Positions 49,542 to 61,919 of a stretch of DNA of 64,000 nt are shown here, in pieces. Source of the stretch: Nitrospirota bacterium (GTDB lineage Bacteria > Nitrospirota > Thermodesulfovibrionia > UBA6902 > DSMQ01); NCBI GenBank assembly GCA_016208965.1, contig JACQXB010000023.1:25904-89903 (forward strand). The letters run 5' to 3'. Each line of letters starts with the position of its first letter. The stretch's first letter is position 1. The position numbers and the translations under genes are program-made. Under the pieces are notes generated by a model. That model was given only the letters and a program-made list of their open reading frames with translations, was not told where the DNA came from and did not search any database.

Positions 49542-50771
49542 ATGGTTAACATACCTTCTACAATGAAGATTTCCCTCAGGGCATTGAAGGCTAACAAGAT
49601 GCGTTCGTCTCTGACAATGCTGGGAATCATCATTGGCGTTGGCGCTGTTATTACTATGCTTGCTGTTGGTACAGGCGCTCGTCAGGAAATAGCAGAGCAG
49701 ATTTCAAGTGTAGGAAGTAATCTGCTTATGATACTCCCTGGCGCAACAACAGCAGGTGGAGTGAGAATGGGAGCAGGCACTCAATCCACTCTTTCCATGG
49801 CTGATGCAGAAGCAATAAAGAAAGAATGTTTGGCAGTATCATATGTTGCCCCATCTCATGGTGGAGTTGCCCAGGTTGTCTATGGCAATCAGAACTGGTC
49901 AACTGGCATAACAGGTACCACGCCCGACATACTGTATGTCAGAGAGTGGTACCTGTCTGCAGGGAGACCATTTACAGAGCAGGATGTTAAGAGTGCCACA
50001 AAGGTATGTTTATTAGGTCAAACTGTTGTTGATAATCTCTTTGGAGACATAAATCCCGTTGGCAAAATTATAAGGATAAAAAATGTTCCTTTTACTGTCC
50101 TTGGCACACTTGAAAGTAAAGGACAGTCTCCAACAGGTCAGGATCAGGACGATACTATATATATCCCTGTGACAACATCACAGAAAAAGCTCTTCGGAAC
50201 ACCATTTCATGGTATGGTAAGAATAATAATGGTGAAGGCAAAAAGCACAGAAGACCTAAATACAGCAGAAAAACAGATAACAGAATTACTCAGGCAGAGG
50301 CACCACATCGGTCAAAAACAGGAGAATGATTTCACTGTCAGAAATCTAACACAGATGATGAAGGTAGAGGAACAATCAACAAAAGTTATGACTTTACTGC
50401 TTGGAATTATAGCCTCTGTTTCACTTCTTGTAGGTGGAATAGGGATTATGAACATCATGCTCGTCTCGGTCACTGAGAGGACAAGAGAGATAGGGATAAG
50501 GATGGCTGTTGGCGCAAAGACATGGGATATAAGGCTTCAATTCATCATTGAGGCACTCACATTGTCATTGTCAGGAGGCTTTATTGGGATTGTCATTGGT
50601 ATATCCAGTTCAGAAATATTGTCAACGGTTGCAGGCTGGACCACAATAATTTCACTATTTTCAGTTATTCTTGCATTCTGTTTCTCCGCATTGGTGGGAA
50701 TATTTTTTGGGTTTTATCCTGCATACAAGGCTTCACTTCTTAACCCTGTAGAGGCATTGAGATACGAGTGA
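49542..50771 (+). CDS. MacB-type ABC permease
   Basis: RSSLTMLGIIIGV, GGIGIMNIMLVSVTERTREIG. Confidence 0.93.
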   Translation: MVNIPSTMKISLRALKANKMRSSLTMLGIIIGVGAVITMLAVGTGARQEIAEQISSVGSNLLMILPGATTAGGVRMGAGTQSTLSMADAEAIKKECLAVSYVAPSHGGVAQVVYGNQNWSTGITGTTPDILYVREWYLSAGRPFTEQDVKSATKVCLLGQTVVDNLFGDINPVGKIIRIKNVPFTVLGTLESKGQSPTGQDQDDTIYIPVTTSQKKLFGTPFHGMVRIIMVKAKSTEDLNTAEKQITELLRQRHHIGQKQENDFTVRNLTQMMKVEEQSTKVMTLLLGIIASVSLLVGGIGIMNIMLVSVTERTREIGIRMAVGAKTWDIRLQFIIEALTLSLSGGFIGIVIGISSSEILSTVAGWTTIISLFSVILAFCFSALVGIFFGFYPAYKASLLNPVEALRYE

Positions 50772-50858
50772 CAGCAGTTAGTAATCAAAGAAATGGTGTA
50801 AATGGTAGCACTAAGGAATAGTGCTCCATAAACTGAGGAGAAAGTTAAGGTATATAAT

Positions 50859-52022
50859 ATGGTTATATTTCTGATTTTCTATTCCCTGTACGGGTTAGGG
50901 CATTTTTATCTATTTTTAAAATTGAAATCTACTTTTTCAATTAGTTCTACCCTGAACATTACTACTATAGCATTTCTATTGCTTATGATGACTCTCTCTC
51001 CATTCTTTGTACACTTATATTCTTTCAAGGGGCCTGCGAATCGCGTAAGGGCTTTTGCTTATATTGGCTATATGTGGCTATCCGTATTGCTCATATTTTG
51101 CATTATCGCATTCTCTATTGATGTGTCCAATCTCCTTATTAGAATTGGTGGTTTCATATTTGAGAAAGACATGAGTAAGGTTATTATCTATCCATCACAG
51201 GCATTTACTGTGTCGGTTGTTCATGCAATTGCCCTTACTATTTACGGTTATATCAAGGCAAAAGGCTTACCTGTTGAGAGATTGACCATAAAAACCACTA
51301 AACTCCCCGAGGGAATAAACAAACTAATAATTGCACATATATCAGACTTACATCTTGGAATTATCCTCAGAGGAGAAAGATTAGAGAAAGTCTTAAAGGT
51401 CATTGAATCAGAAAAGCCTGACATCATTGTATCAACAGGAGACATCCTTGATGCAGAAATAAATCATGTTGACTACCTTACAGAGAGGCTAAATATTGTA
51501 AATGCAAGATTAGGTAAATTCGCAGTAACAGGAAACCATGAATTCTATGGGGGTATCAAGCACTCTCTTATGTTTTTGCAGAATGCCGGTTTTACTGTAT
51601 TACGTGGAGAAGGGATAACAGTGGAAAACCTTATTAATATCACTGGGGTGGATGACCCTACGGGAAGACACATAAAGTCCTCAGGAACCAATCCCTCAAA
51701 TGTATCTGAAAAAGAAATCCTTTCTAAGCTCCCCCCTCACCTCTTTACAATATTATTAAAACACAGACCGAGAATAGATGATAATAGTTTGGGTTTTTTT
51801 GATTTACAACTTTCAGGTCATACACACAAAGGACAGATATTTCCTATTGGTATTGTTACAAAGCTTATTTATGGTACACATTCAGGTTATTCCAAGCTCC
51901 CCGGAGGCTCTGCTATTTATGTAAGTAGAGGCGCTGGTACCGCAGGTCCCCCTGTCAGACTACTTGCCCTGCCTGAGATAACAATTATTGAAATTATAAG
52001 GGAAAAACCTGATATTTGTTGA
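50859..52022 (+). CDS. Membrane-anchored metallophosphoesterase
   Basis: SDLHLG, TGD, GNHE, LSGHTH; N-terminal TM helices. Confidence 0.9.
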   Translation: MVIFLIFYSLYGLGHFYLFLKLKSTFSISSTLNITTIAFLLLMMTLSPFFVHLYSFKGPANRVRAFAYIGYMWLSVLLIFCIIAFSIDVSNLLIRIGGFIFEKDMSKVIIYPSQAFTVSVVHAIALTIYGYIKAKGLPVERLTIKTTKLPEGINKLIIAHISDLHLGIILRGERLEKVLKVIESEKPDIIVSTGDILDAEINHVDYLTERLNIVNARLGKFAVTGNHEFYGGIKHSLMFLQNAGFTVLRGEGITVENLINITGVDDPTGRHIKSSGTNPSNVSEKEILSKLPPHLFTILLKHRPRIDDNSLGFFDLQLSGHTHKGQIFPIGIVTKLIYGTHSGYSKLPGGSAIYVSRGAGTAGPPVRLLALPEITIIEIIREKPDIC

Positions 52023-52056
52023 ATTTTTTTATATTATTAGACATAATGATATTAAT

Positions 52057-53184
52057 ATGAAATCCGTATTTGATAAAGTCCGCTTAGAACTAAAAAAGGG
52101 CATGGATCTTCCTAAATGCAGGAAGTGCGGTTGCATGCGCACCACACTTATGAACCTCAGTATATCCCTACCGTCTCTAAATGAGGATGGTGCAAAAGAG
52201 TTGCTTAATGATGTCAACAACTGGTTGAAAGAATTAGAGCCAATGGAGTACCCATGTTTTAAATGTAAATACTGTATCCCGCCTGAAGCCATGAATCTCT
52301 TAACCTCAAGATACCCTTTTCTCACAACACTGACCTTGTCAACAAAGTGTGAGTTTGATGTTAAAAGTACCTGGCCGCCAGCTATAGGAGAGTATATTGT
52401 GATAGATAGCTCAGCCCCAGTATCTGTCTCTACGCTTGCAAGTGATGAACTGCCAGAGAAATTAGCAGGACTTAAACCAGAAGGGCTGTGCATTGCTGGA
52501 AAGACAGAGACAGAGAATATAGGGATTGACAAGATAATAAAAAATGTTGTCACCAATCCGTCAATCAAGTTTCTGATTGTTGCAGGCAAAGAGCCTGAAG
52601 GGCATAAAAGCGGAGAGACATTGTTAGCACTTGGAAAAAATGGGGTAGATAGTGAGATGCGTGTTATAGGGTCTACAGGAAGGCGGCCAATCCTTAAAAA
52701 TGTTTCGCTTTTAGATGTAGAGAATTTTCGCAATCAGGTTGAGATAGAAAATATGCTTGGATGTGAGGATACAGGGGCATTGATTAGCAGGATTAAAGAA
52801 CTCTCTCAGAAGGCATCTTCTTTAGGGATATCAAAACCAAAAAGCAAAGAGTTTGCCATTGGAAAAGTTGAACCTAAACCTGTAACCACTCAGACAGTCC
52901 CCAAGATTAAGGTAGAAAGACATGGTTCTGTAAAACTGGATGCGGCAGGATACTTTGTAGTTATTCCATCAAAAAAGGATGGTATTATTACGGTTGAGCA
53001 ATATTCTTATGAGAACAAGTTATTAAGAATTATAGAAGGGAATAACAGCAGGGACATATACTTAACAATTATTAATAATAACTGGGTAATAGACTTAACG
53101 CATGCCGCCTACATTGGAAAGGAGCTTGCAAAGGCAGAGTTGTCTATCAAACAGGGATTTAAGTATATTCAAGATGGAGCATAA
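52057..53184 (+). CDS. MtrA-like corrinoid-binding protein fused to DUF4346, with an N-terminal Cys cluster
   Basis: TENIGIDKIIKNVVTNPSIKFL..GKEPEGH.SG.TL.AL..NG; HAAYIGKELAKAE..YIQD; CxxCxC and CxxCxxC. Confidence 0.85.
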   Translation: MKSVFDKVRLELKKGMDLPKCRKCGCMRTTLMNLSISLPSLNEDGAKELLNDVNNWLKELEPMEYPCFKCKYCIPPEAMNLLTSRYPFLTTLTLSTKCEFDVKSTWPPAIGEYIVIDSSAPVSVSTLASDELPEKLAGLKPEGLCIAGKTETENIGIDKIIKNVVTNPSIKFLIVAGKEPEGHKSGETLLALGKNGVDSEMRVIGSTGRRPILKNVSLLDVENFRNQVEIENMLGCEDTGALISRIKELSQKASSLGISKPKSKEFAIGKVEPKPVTTQTVPKIKVERHGSVKLDAAGYFVVIPSKKDGIITVEQYSYENKLLRIIEGNNSRDIYLTIINNNWVIDLTHAAYIGKELAKAELSIKQGFKYIQDGA

Positions 53185-53279
53185 CTCAAAAACAGTGTCA
53201 AAGTATCAGAGCACCAAAGTGTCAAAGCAACAAAAGACTCTGATACTCTGGCACTTTGACACTCTGACACATCTTTACC

Positions 53280-54033
<754 letters not shown>

Positions 54034-54053
<20 letters not shown>

Positions 54054-54891
54054 GGGGCTTGAGGCACTAATTCCTGAGAAAAGAGAAACACTTTTAACTG
54101 AAAAACCCCAAGGAGCATCGGAACTTAACATAAATACAATTACTCCGAACGAATATCAGCCAAGAAGAGTCTTTAGAGACACGACTCTACAAGAACTTGC
54201 TCAATCAATAAAAGAAAAAGGTATTATTCAGCCTGTGATTGTAAAAAAATGGGAAGATGGCTCATTCAGGCTCATAGCAGGTGAAAGGCGGTGGCGTGCT
54301 GCAAAGATAGCAGGACTTACAAAGATTCCTGCTATTATAAAAGATGTTTCACCTCAGGAGACCATAGAGCTTGCCCTTATAGAGAATATTCAGAGAGAGG
54401 ACTTAAACCCTATTGAGACCGCTGAGGCATTCCAAAGGCTTATCAATGACTTCAACCTAACCCATGAGACGCTCTCACAAAAAGTTGGGAAGGACAGGGC
54501 AACTGTGACCAACTATCTCAGGATTTTAAAACTCCCATCAGAGATTAAGGCATGGGTAGCAGAAGGCTCTTTAAGTATTGGGCATGCAAAGGCACTCTTG
54601 CAGATAGAGAGCACAGGAGCCCAAATTAATATTGCAAGAAGGATAATACAAAAGGGCTTAAGTGTAAGGGAGGCAGAGGTATTAAGTAAAAAGGCAGGTT
54701 CACCAAAAAGCTCTCTTGAAAAACAGTCTCAACGGAAGGATGCCCAGATAGCCTCTCTTGAAGAGAAACTCATGCACAGCCTTGGCACAAAGGTTCGGCT
54801 TATTCACAAAGGTAAAAAAGGCGGGAAGATAGAGATAGAATATTACTCACTTGATGAATTAGACAGGCTTTTAGAAATATTAGTACATTAA
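54034..54891 (+). CDS. parB: Chromosome partitioning protein ParB
   Basis: LGKGL, QPR, AGERRWRA, ENIQREDL. Confidence 0.96.
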
Positions 54892-54901
54892 CCCTTAACT
54901 T

Positions 54902-56182
54902 TTAACTCTCACCTCTTCTTATCGACTTATCTGCAATATCTTTTCTATAATGCATTCCATCAAAATGAATCTTATCTATTGCCTTATACACTTTGTCTTT
55001 TGCTTCTTTGATGTTATTACCCAGAACAGTAACACCTAACACCCTCCCGCCTGATGTAACAACTTCTCCGTTCTTTATACTTGTTCCTGCATGGAAGACA
55101 AACAGATCATCTTTACCCTTCAGAGTATCCAGTCCCTTGATTATCTTGCCCTTTTCATATGTACCCGGATAACCCCTTGATGAAATAACCACACAGACCG
55201 AGGCATCGTCCTCCCAAGAAAGTCTTATATCCTTAAGTTTTTTATCCACTGCAGCCTTCATTGCATTAAAGAAATCGCCATTAAGCCTCATCAAAACAGG
55301 CTGCGTCTCAGGGTCACCAAAGCGACAGTTAAATTCAAGCACATAGGGCTTACCATTACATATCATAAGACCTGCATAAATAACACCCCTGTAATCTATT
55401 CTCTCTTTTGTAAGCCCTTTTATAAGGGGGGTTATAATCTTATCCATTATATCTGCCTCAATTTGTTTTGTTATTATAGGTGCGGGACTATAGGCACCCA
55501 TCCCCCCTGTGTTTGGACCTTCATCATTATCATAAATCCTCTTGTGGTCCTGTGATGTAGCAAGTGGGATGACGGTCTTGCCATCTGTCAAAACCATGAA
55601 AGATGCCTCTTCTCCCTTAAGAAACTCTTCAACTACAACCCTGTTACCTGCCTCACCAAATATTTTTTCCTTCATTATCTTTTGTAAGGCATCTATTGCC
55701 TCATCATAAGTCTCTGCTACAAATACTCCTTTGCCTGCTGCAAGACCCTCTGCCTTTATAACAATGGGGGCACCTTTAAGCCTGATGTGTTCCTCAGCGT
55801 GCAGGTAAGATGTAAATGTTTTATATTCAGCAGTTGGAATCCCATATTTGCGCATGAATTCTTTTGCAAAAACCTTGCTGCCCTCAAGCTGTGCCCCCGA
55901 AGTTTCGGGACCAAAGATCCTGCGACCCTCTTTTTTAAATGCATCAACAATACCCATTGTAAGCGGAGCTTCAGGTCCAACAACTGTAAGATCAATCCAT
56001 TCATATTTGGCAAAGTTCAATAACGACTCTATGTCCTCTGCCTTAATATCAATGCATTCTGCAATTTCAGAGATTCCTGCGTTACCCGGGGCACAGAAGA
56101 TCTTACTCACTCTTGGACTTTGACTTAATTTCCACACAAGGGCGTGTTCCCTGCCCCCGCTACCGATTACAAGGACTTTCAT
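54902..56182 (-). CDS. purD: Phosphoribosylamine--glycine ligase
   Basis: GSGGREHA, QDHKR, GPNTGGMG, RFGDPE. Confidence 0.97.
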   Translation of the reverse strand: MKVLVIGSGGREHALVWKLSQSPRVSKIFCAPGNAGISEIAECIDIKAEDIESLLNFAKYEWIDLTVVGPEAPLTMGIVDAFKKEGRRIFGPETSGAQLEGSKVFAKEFMRKYGIPTAEYKTFTSYLHAEEHIRLKGAPIVIKAEGLAAGKGVFVAETYDEAIDALQKIMKEKIFGEAGNRVVVEEFLKGEEASFMVLTDGKTVIPLATSQDHKRIYDNDEGPNTGGMGAYSPAPIITKQIEADIMDKIITPLIKGLTKERIDYRGVIYAGLMICNGKPYVLEFNCRFGDPETQPVLMRLNGDFFNAMKAAVDKKLKDIRLSWEDDASVCVVISSRGYPGTYEKGKIIKGLDTLKGKDDLFVFHAGTSIKNGEVVTSGGRVLGVTVLGNNIKEAKDKVYKAIDKIHFDGMHYRKDIADKSIRRGES

Positions 56183-56228
56183 TCAGTCTCCTCATGAAAG
56201 CTGTCAGCTGTTAGCTTTCAGCTATTAG

Positions 56229-57779
56229 CTAATGCTTAAAATGCCTTATCCCTGTAAACACCATTGCCATATTGTATTCATCAGCAACAGCTATTACATC
56301 ATTGTCTTTAATTGAGCCCCCTGGCTGAATCACTGCAGTTACTCCAACCTTTGCAATAAAGTCTATTCCGTCTCTGTTAGGGAAAAAAGCATCTGAGGCG
56401 ACAACTGAATTTTTAAGTGATTTAATTGCCTTCATGGCGCCAAGTTTTGCAGAGTCCACCCTGCTTGTCTGTCCTACACCGATACCGAGTGCCTGGTCTT
56501 TTGATGTATATACAATGGCATTTGACTTTACATGCTTGCAAACCTTCCATGCAAATTCCAGAGCAGTATATTCATCATCTGTGGGTTTTCTCTTTGTAAC
56601 TACTTTTAGTGATTTAAAATCACCGATCATTCCTGTATCTCTTTCCTGAGCGAGGAGTCCGCCCTGAATCTTTCTCATGTCAAAACCTGTGGGGTATTGA
56701 GATATATCCAGAACAAGCAGACGTATATTAGGTTTTTCGCTTAAAAGTTTTAATGCCTCAGGATCAAATCCCGGGGCAATGATTATTTCAACAAAAAGTT
56801 TCAGAATCTCTCTTGCAGTAGCTACGTTAACGTCTCTGTTTAATGCAATAACTCCTCCAAACGCAGACAAAGGGTCTATTTCATATGCCTTTACATACGC
56901 TGTCTCAATAGTGTCCGCTATCGCAACGCCGCAAGGATTGTTATGCTTAACAATAACTGCTGCAGGTTCTTTAAATTCCCTTATAAGGTCAATTGCTGCA
57001 CTTGAATCAAGGTAGTTATTGTACGACATTTCTTTGCCCTGCAGGATTTTGGCGTCAACAAGGGAAATTCCTTTGTAAACAGGCTCCTTATAAATGGCTG
57101 CTTTCTGGTGCGGGTTTTCGCCGTATCTTAAATCCATGACCTTTGAGAAACTTTGGTTCAGATATTGAGGGAATGTCTCCAAAGATTTTCCACGTTCAGC
57201 GAGATAGTTGAATATAATAGTATCGTAACGAGCTGTGAGTGAGAAGACCTTTTTAGCTAAATAGAATTTTGTATCACAACCGACTTCTCCATTAAGGGTT
57301 TTGAGCTCTTCAATAATACCCTGATAGTCAGCCGGATCAACAATTACAACGACATCCTTGAAATTCTTAGAAGCTGCCCGCAGCATTGTAGGTCCACCAA
57401 TATCAATGTTCTCTATTGCCTCATCAAAAGTAACATCACGTCTGGATACTGTTTCTTCAAATGGATAAAGATTAACAACAACCATATCTATGGGTTTGAT
57501 ATGATGTTGAGCTATGTCTGTCATGTCTTTTGGATTGTCCCGCCTTGCAAGCAAGCCCCCATGAATTTTCGGATGGAGGGTTTTCAACCTTCCATCAAGC
57601 ATCTCGGGAAATCCTGTATACTGAGAGACATCTGTTACAGGAATACCCGCATCACGAATGGTCTTTGCAGTTCCACCGGTGGATAAAATCTCAACACCCA
57701 TCAAGGATAATCCCTTTGCAAATTCCACAATGCCTCTCTTGTCAGAAACACTTATGAGGGCACTTTGAACTTTGCTCAT
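56229..57779 (-). CDS. purH: Bifunctional AICAR transformylase/IMP cyclohydrolase
   Basis: [30 protein letters not shown]. Confidence 0.97.
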   Translation of the reverse strand: MSKVQSALISVSDKRGIVEFAKGLSLMGVEILSTGGTAKTIRDAGIPVTDVSQYTGFPEMLDGRLKTLHPKIHGGLLARRDNPKDMTDIAQHHIKPIDMVVVNLYPFEETVSRRDVTFDEAIENIDIGGPTMLRAASKNFKDVVVIVDPADYQGIIEELKTLNGEVGCDTKFYLAKKVFSLTARYDTIIFNYLAERGKSLETFPQYLNQSFSKVMDLRYGENPHQKAAIYKEPVYKGISLVDAKILQGKEMSYNNYLDSSAAIDLIREFKEPAAVIVKHNNPCGVAIADTIETAYVKAYEIDPLSAFGGVIALNRDVNVATAREILKLFVEIIIAPGFDPEALKLLSEKPNIRLLVLDISQYPTGFDMRKIQGGLLAQERDTGMIGDFKSLKVVTKRKPTDDEYTALEFAWKVCKHVKSNAIVYTSKDQALGIGVGQTSRVDSAKLGAMKAIKSLKNSVVASDAFFPNRDGIDFIAKVGVTAVIQPGGSIKDNDVIAVADEYNMAMVFTGIRHFKH

Positions 57780-57805
57780 TTCTACTCCCTCCTGATTTTA
57801 ATTGT

Positions 57806-58543
57806 CTAAAAATATCTTATATTTTCCCTTTGGAACGTATCCTTTTGTATAGAGATAATTCTCTTAATTCCTCTTTCAGCAAGTTCAAGCAGACTCTGAA
57901 GCTGTTCTCTATCAAAAGGTAACATCTCGGCAGTACCCTGAATTTCCACGAACTTTCCCACCCCTGTCATCACTACATTCATATCAACCTCTGCAGTTGA
58001 ATCCTCGGCATACGACAGGTCAAGCAGAGGCTCTCCATTTACAATACCAACGCTCACTGCCGCGATATGGTCTTTAATCGGGTTTTTCTCAAATATTTCA
58101 CTCTCCATTCCATGCCTTACCGCGTCTACCAGTGCAACAAATGCACCTGTTATTGACGCTGTCCTTGTGCCTCCATCCGCCTGAATAACATCACAGTCAA
58201 GCCATATAGTTCGCTTTCCGATTGCCTCGAGGTCTACAATAGAGCGCATTGCCCTGCCAATTAGCCTCTGTATCTCATGGGTTCGCCCCCCTACTCTCCC
58301 AGCAGTAGATTCTCTTGTTGTCCTTGTAGAAGTTGAACGTGGGAGCATGGAATATTCGGCTGTAATCCAGCCTCTCTCCGCATCTTTAAGGAACTGGGGC
58401 ACCTTGTCCTCTATAGAGGCAGTGCAAATTACCTTTGTACCTCCTACCTGAATTAATACAGAGCCTTCCGCGGTATTTAAAAAATTTCTCGTAATTTTAA
58501 TATCCCTTAGGGCATCAAATGCCCTTCCATCACTGCGCATCAT
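57806..58543 (-). CDS. rph: Ribonuclease PH
   Basis: [25 protein letters not shown]. Confidence 0.96.
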   Translation of the reverse strand: MMRSDGRAFDALRDIKITRNFLNTAEGSVLIQVGGTKVICTASIEDKVPQFLKDAERGWITAEYSMLPRSTSTRTTRESTAGRVGGRTHEIQRLIGRAMRSIVDLEAIGKRTIWLDCDVIQADGGTRTASITGAFVALVDAVRHGMESEIFEKNPIKDHIAAVSVGIVNGEPLLDLSYAEDSTAEVDMNVVMTGVGKFVEIQGTAEMLPFDREQLQSLLELAERGIKRIISIQKDTFQRENIRYF

Positions 58544-59063
58544 CCCCTCCTGATATATCCTTGTCAATTGGTTCTGAGATATCAATATGACCCCCGATAG
58601 CCTCTACCCGTTTACCATCTATCAGGAGCATCATTGTGGTAAAGTTGGGAATAATCTCCTTTAGTGTTTTATAGAGGTTTGTAATGATACCATACTCCTC
58701 AGAGGCATCACCATTAAAATTTCTTCTTAATTCCCCGCTGATATTGACATGGATAACGTCCTCATTGTCTCCATATAAATCCAGCACCTTTGCACCGTAA
58801 GGTTCAAAATATTTTTTTACCGCCTCTTTTGCACTCACAAAGACAATAAAAGACTCCTGTGGTATTACAGTGGTCTCCTCTCCCTTAGTATGTTTTTCCC
58901 TGAGTTGTTGAGACTTAAGTTCTTTAATAAATGGAATATTAAGTGTGAGCTTGGGTTTAAAATACAAATAACTCGTAATCGCACCTATCATAAATACTGC
59001 CGTGCTGATAAGCAGATAAAACCAGAAATGGTTTTTACTCTTAACTCTTCGTGAGCTTTTCAT
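58530..59063 (-). CDS. GerMN-domain membrane-anchored protein
   Basis: N-terminal TM segment, [19 protein letters not shown]. Confidence 0.75.
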   Translation of the reverse strand: MKSSRRVKSKNHFWFYLLISTAVFMIGAITSYLYFKPKLTLNIPFIKELKSQQLREKHTKGEETTVIPQESFIVFVSAKEAVKKYFEPYGAKVLDLYGDNEDVIHVNISGELRRNFNGDASEEYGIITNLYKTLKEIIPNFTTMMLLIDGKRVEAIGGHIDISEPIDKDISGGDDAQ

Positions 59064-59985
59064 ATAGATAAATGCCTTTATGTATAGTATTTGCTAATTT
59101 TGTTTTAAGCTCTTCATTGTAATCCATATCTTCAAAAGATGGTAATTCAATCATTAATGCCGGGGAGTCAATTCTTGAAAGAATGCTGTAAGGTATCTGT
59201 TTTATTGAGACCATATTATCACCAAAATCCTCCCTCATTGCATCCTGCATGGCATCCCGTAGAAACTGTATCTTAATAAACTCATCTGGATTATCATGAG
59301 GAGTCTCTGCAATTACAGGAGTATATATTACTATCTCCTTGTGTTTACCAATGTGAATACTAAGGAATATATCTCCTTTTTGGGAATTTGAAAAATCAAC
59401 CCTTTGTGCTAAAGACATAAACTGGTCACCCATCCTTGTAAGAAAACACCGTGCAAAATCTTTTAATATAAGTCTCCTCAACCTCTTGGAAATATCAAGG
59501 ACCACATCTTTCTCCCTATATATATCCTTTATTACCCCATACTCATGACCCCCATGCCCCGCGTCTATGACAATTGTTCTGGTCTTAAAGGTCTTTTTAT
59601 CCTTTGTTTTGTCTGACACCGGGCTATCAACTTGATATACATCTTGATATACATCTATAACAAGGCGGGCAGGAGACTTAAGAAAGGTTGTCTTAAACCT
59701 CTTAAACTCACTGAGAGAAAACACCAGGGAATTCTTAACCCTTTTATGTGGAAAAGGCAGTTTTGTATCCTCAACAGAGAAAGTTAAATCATGAAAGGTA
59801 ATAGAAATATCCTGCCCCCTCTGGTTTACTATTCCTTTAGGTATAAGTGTTTCAGGACCTTCTAAAACAATCCTTGTAAGCTCAGGGTGCTTGCTCGCCC
59901 TGAGTTTTAGCAGAGGGGCATCCTCGCCTGAAATAAAAGACAGCGGAAGTAAAATAAAAACAAGTAAAAAAGCTGCGCGTTTCAT
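59041..59985 (-). CDS. N-acetylmuramoyl-L-alanine amidase (AMIN + Amidase_3)
   Basis: PARLVIDV, IDAGHGG, EKD, SIH, IE. Confidence 0.85.
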   Translation of the reverse strand: MKRAAFLLVFILLPLSFISGEDAPLLKLRASKHPELTRIVLEGPETLIPKGIVNQRGQDISITFHDLTFSVEDTKLPFPHKRVKNSLVFSLSEFKRFKTTFLKSPARLVIDVYQDVYQVDSPVSDKTKDKKTFKTRTIVIDAGHGGHEYGVIKDIYREKDVVLDISKRLRRLILKDFARCFLTRMGDQFMSLAQRVDFSNSQKGDIFLSIHIGKHKEIVIYTPVIAETPHDNPDEFIKIQFLRDAMQDAMREDFGDNMVSIKQIPYSILSRIDSPALMIELPSFEDMDYNEELKTKLANTIHKGIYLYEKLTKS

Positions 59986-60041
59986 GGCAAAATATTACCA
60001 TTTTCTGATGATATATTCCATCCTGTGTAAGTTAGAAGTAA

Positions 60042-60072
60042 ACCCCGTTAGAAATCTTATTTCTAACGGGGT
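60042..60072. repeat. REP-like palindrome
   Basis: ACCCCGTTAGAAAT-CTT-ATTTCTAACGGGGT. Confidence 0.85.
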
Positions 60073-60142
60073 AAAAGTGAGAAACGGGAAGCGAAGATAT
60101 TCATGATACAAGATAAAACATCTTCTATCATGTCTCTTTTTC

Positions 60143-60736
60143 TTAAAGTGTACCCTTTGTTGATGGCACTCCTTTTGTCTTCGGATGAACCTCAACCGCA
60201 CTCCTTAATGCCCTGCCAAGTCCTTTAAAAATAGCCTCCATTACATGATGTGGGTCACGGCCATAGTGAAGAATTATATGCAGATTCATACCTGCATGGT
60301 TTGTTAATGCCCTGAAAAAATCCTCAAAAAGAGAGACACGCAGGTTCTTTATTAGAGTGCTTCTCTTAGACAGGGCAACTTTATATACTAAAAATGGTCT
60401 GCTGCTAAGGTCTATAGCAACCTGTGCAAGACTTTCATCCATCGGGGTGAGGGCTTCTCCATACCGCCTTATCATTAATTTCTGACCAAGAGATTCCTTT
60501 ATTGTCTCACCAATAACTATGCCAATATCCTCTATCAGGTGATGATAATCAACCTCAATATCTCCCTTTGCCTCTATGTTCATGTCTATATGGCCATGCT
60601 TTGCCATAAGACCGAGCATATGGTCAAGAAATGGTATTGAGGTATTTATCCTATAATCCCCCTTGCCATCAAGATTAATGCTGACTTTAACGCTTGTCTC
60701 TTTGGTTTTTCTCTCTACCTTTGCTTTTCGGAGCAT
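60143..60736 (-). CDS. hisB: Imidazoleglycerol-phosphate dehydratase
   Basis: FLDHML, DYHHLIED, PMDE, HHVMEA, PSTKG. Confidence 0.96.
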   Translation of the reverse strand: MLRKAKVERKTKETSVKVSINLDGKGDYRINTSIPFLDHMLGLMAKHGHIDMNIEAKGDIEVDYHHLIEDIGIVIGETIKESLGQKLMIRRYGEALTPMDESLAQVAIDLSSRPFLVYKVALSKRSTLIKNLRVSLFEDFFRALTNHAGMNLHIILHYGRDPHHVMEAIFKGLGRALRSAVEVHPKTKGVPSTKGTL

Positions 60737-61108
60737 TTTAAACCTCCTTGCTTAGTTTTTTATTATACCAGATTAACTAAGATTATTGTGAATATAAACT
60801 TCTATTTGATGTCATAATTCAAAATTTAGAAAATCTCAATTTGGGTTTAAATTCAGACCATAGTGTTGAGGAGATTTCGTTAGCAGATTAGAGATTGTGA
60901 CAAAAAAACGCACAACACTTATAATGCCTTCGTATGTCAAGAGCAAAAAGATCTCCTTTGTCAAAAAAATTTACAATCGGTTATGTTATCCTTCAGAGCT
61001 TGTTGAGGGCTTTTTCAACAGCCTGTTTATATATGATTGACTTTACCCCATAAATTATGTAAAAATAAAATCACCCTTTTTACGGTTAAAAACAAATGGA
61101 GGCTTTTT

Positions 61109-61414
61109 ATGTATGCGGTAATAGAAACAGGCGGCAAACAGTACAGGGTCTCTGAAGGAGACATAATCAAAGTAGAGAAACTCAATGCTCAGGGAGCTTT
61201 TGATTTTGAGAATGTCCTTATGGTCTCTGATGGTACCAAGGTCGCCTTTGGCAGTCCACTTCTCTCATCTGCAAAAGTTACCGCAGAGGTCATCGGGAAT
61301 GGAAAGGTAAAAAAAGTGCTTGTTTTCAAGCAGAAGACAAGAAAGGGTTATAGGAGGCTGAGAGGGCAGAGACAGCCTTATACACAGGTTAAGATAACAA
61401 GCATACAACTTTAA
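61109..61414 (+). CDS. rplU: 50S ribosomal protein L21
   Basis: MYAVIETGGKQYRV; GGAGG RBS. Confidence 0.96.
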   Translation: MYAVIETGGKQYRVSEGDIIKVEKLNAQGAFDFENVLMVSDGTKVAFGSPLLSSAKVTAEVIGNGKVKKVLVFKQKTRKGYRRLRGQRQPYTQVKITSIQL

Positions 61415-61528
61415 GATCCTAAATGTGTTTAAAAACCTAAGTCAAATTTATCATTGCAAATTTTAAATTGCAAAATGATAAATGCTAATTGATAATTTTT
61501 AATTTATTTAGAATTTGGGGGTAATGAG

Positions 61529-61804
61529 ATGGCTCATAAAAAAGGTGTAGGTAGTTCAAGAAACGGTCGTGATAGCGCCGCTCAAAGGCTCGGCGTAAAA
61601 AGATTCGGCGGACAGGTCGTTAAAGCAGGCAATATACTTATAAGACAAAGGGGTACCAAATTCCATCCCGGTTTTAATGTCGGTATGGGAAGCGATGACA
61701 CCCTTTATGCAAAGATTGCCGGTATTGTCACCTTTGAACGCAAAGACCGGGCAAGACTTAAGGTAAGCGTATATCCAGTACCAGTAGTAGCACAGGCTGA
61801 ATAA
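61529..61804 (+). CDS. rpmA: 50S ribosomal protein L27
   Basis: [16 protein letters not shown]. Confidence 0.98.
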   Translation: MAHKKGVGSSRNGRDSAAQRLGVKRFGGQVVKAGNILIRQRGTKFHPGFNVGMGSDDTLYAKIAGIVTFERKDRARLKVSVYPVPVVAQAE

Positions 61805-61841
61805 AAAAATTCTGCCTGATAGAAAATAAGAGTTTTACAAC

Positions 61842-61872
61842 AAAGGGCGGGCTAACCGCCCTTTTTATTTTT
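61842..61872 (+). terminator. Rho-independent terminator
   Basis: AAAGGGCGG-GCTAA-CCGCCCTTT followed by a T-run. Confidence 0.75.
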
Positions 61873-61919
61873 CATCCTGTATCTTGTATCATGTATCCTG
61901 AATCATGTATTTTTAAAGT

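Noticed and set aside
52057-53184. Evidence for methanogenesis or mercury methylation
   Set aside because: No other mtr/mcr genes are present and the HgcA cap-helix motif is absent.
60993-61025. CAGAGCTTGTTGA...TTTTTCAACAGCCTG, a possible IS/MITE end remnant
   Set aside because: Single short imperfect match with no further support in this window.
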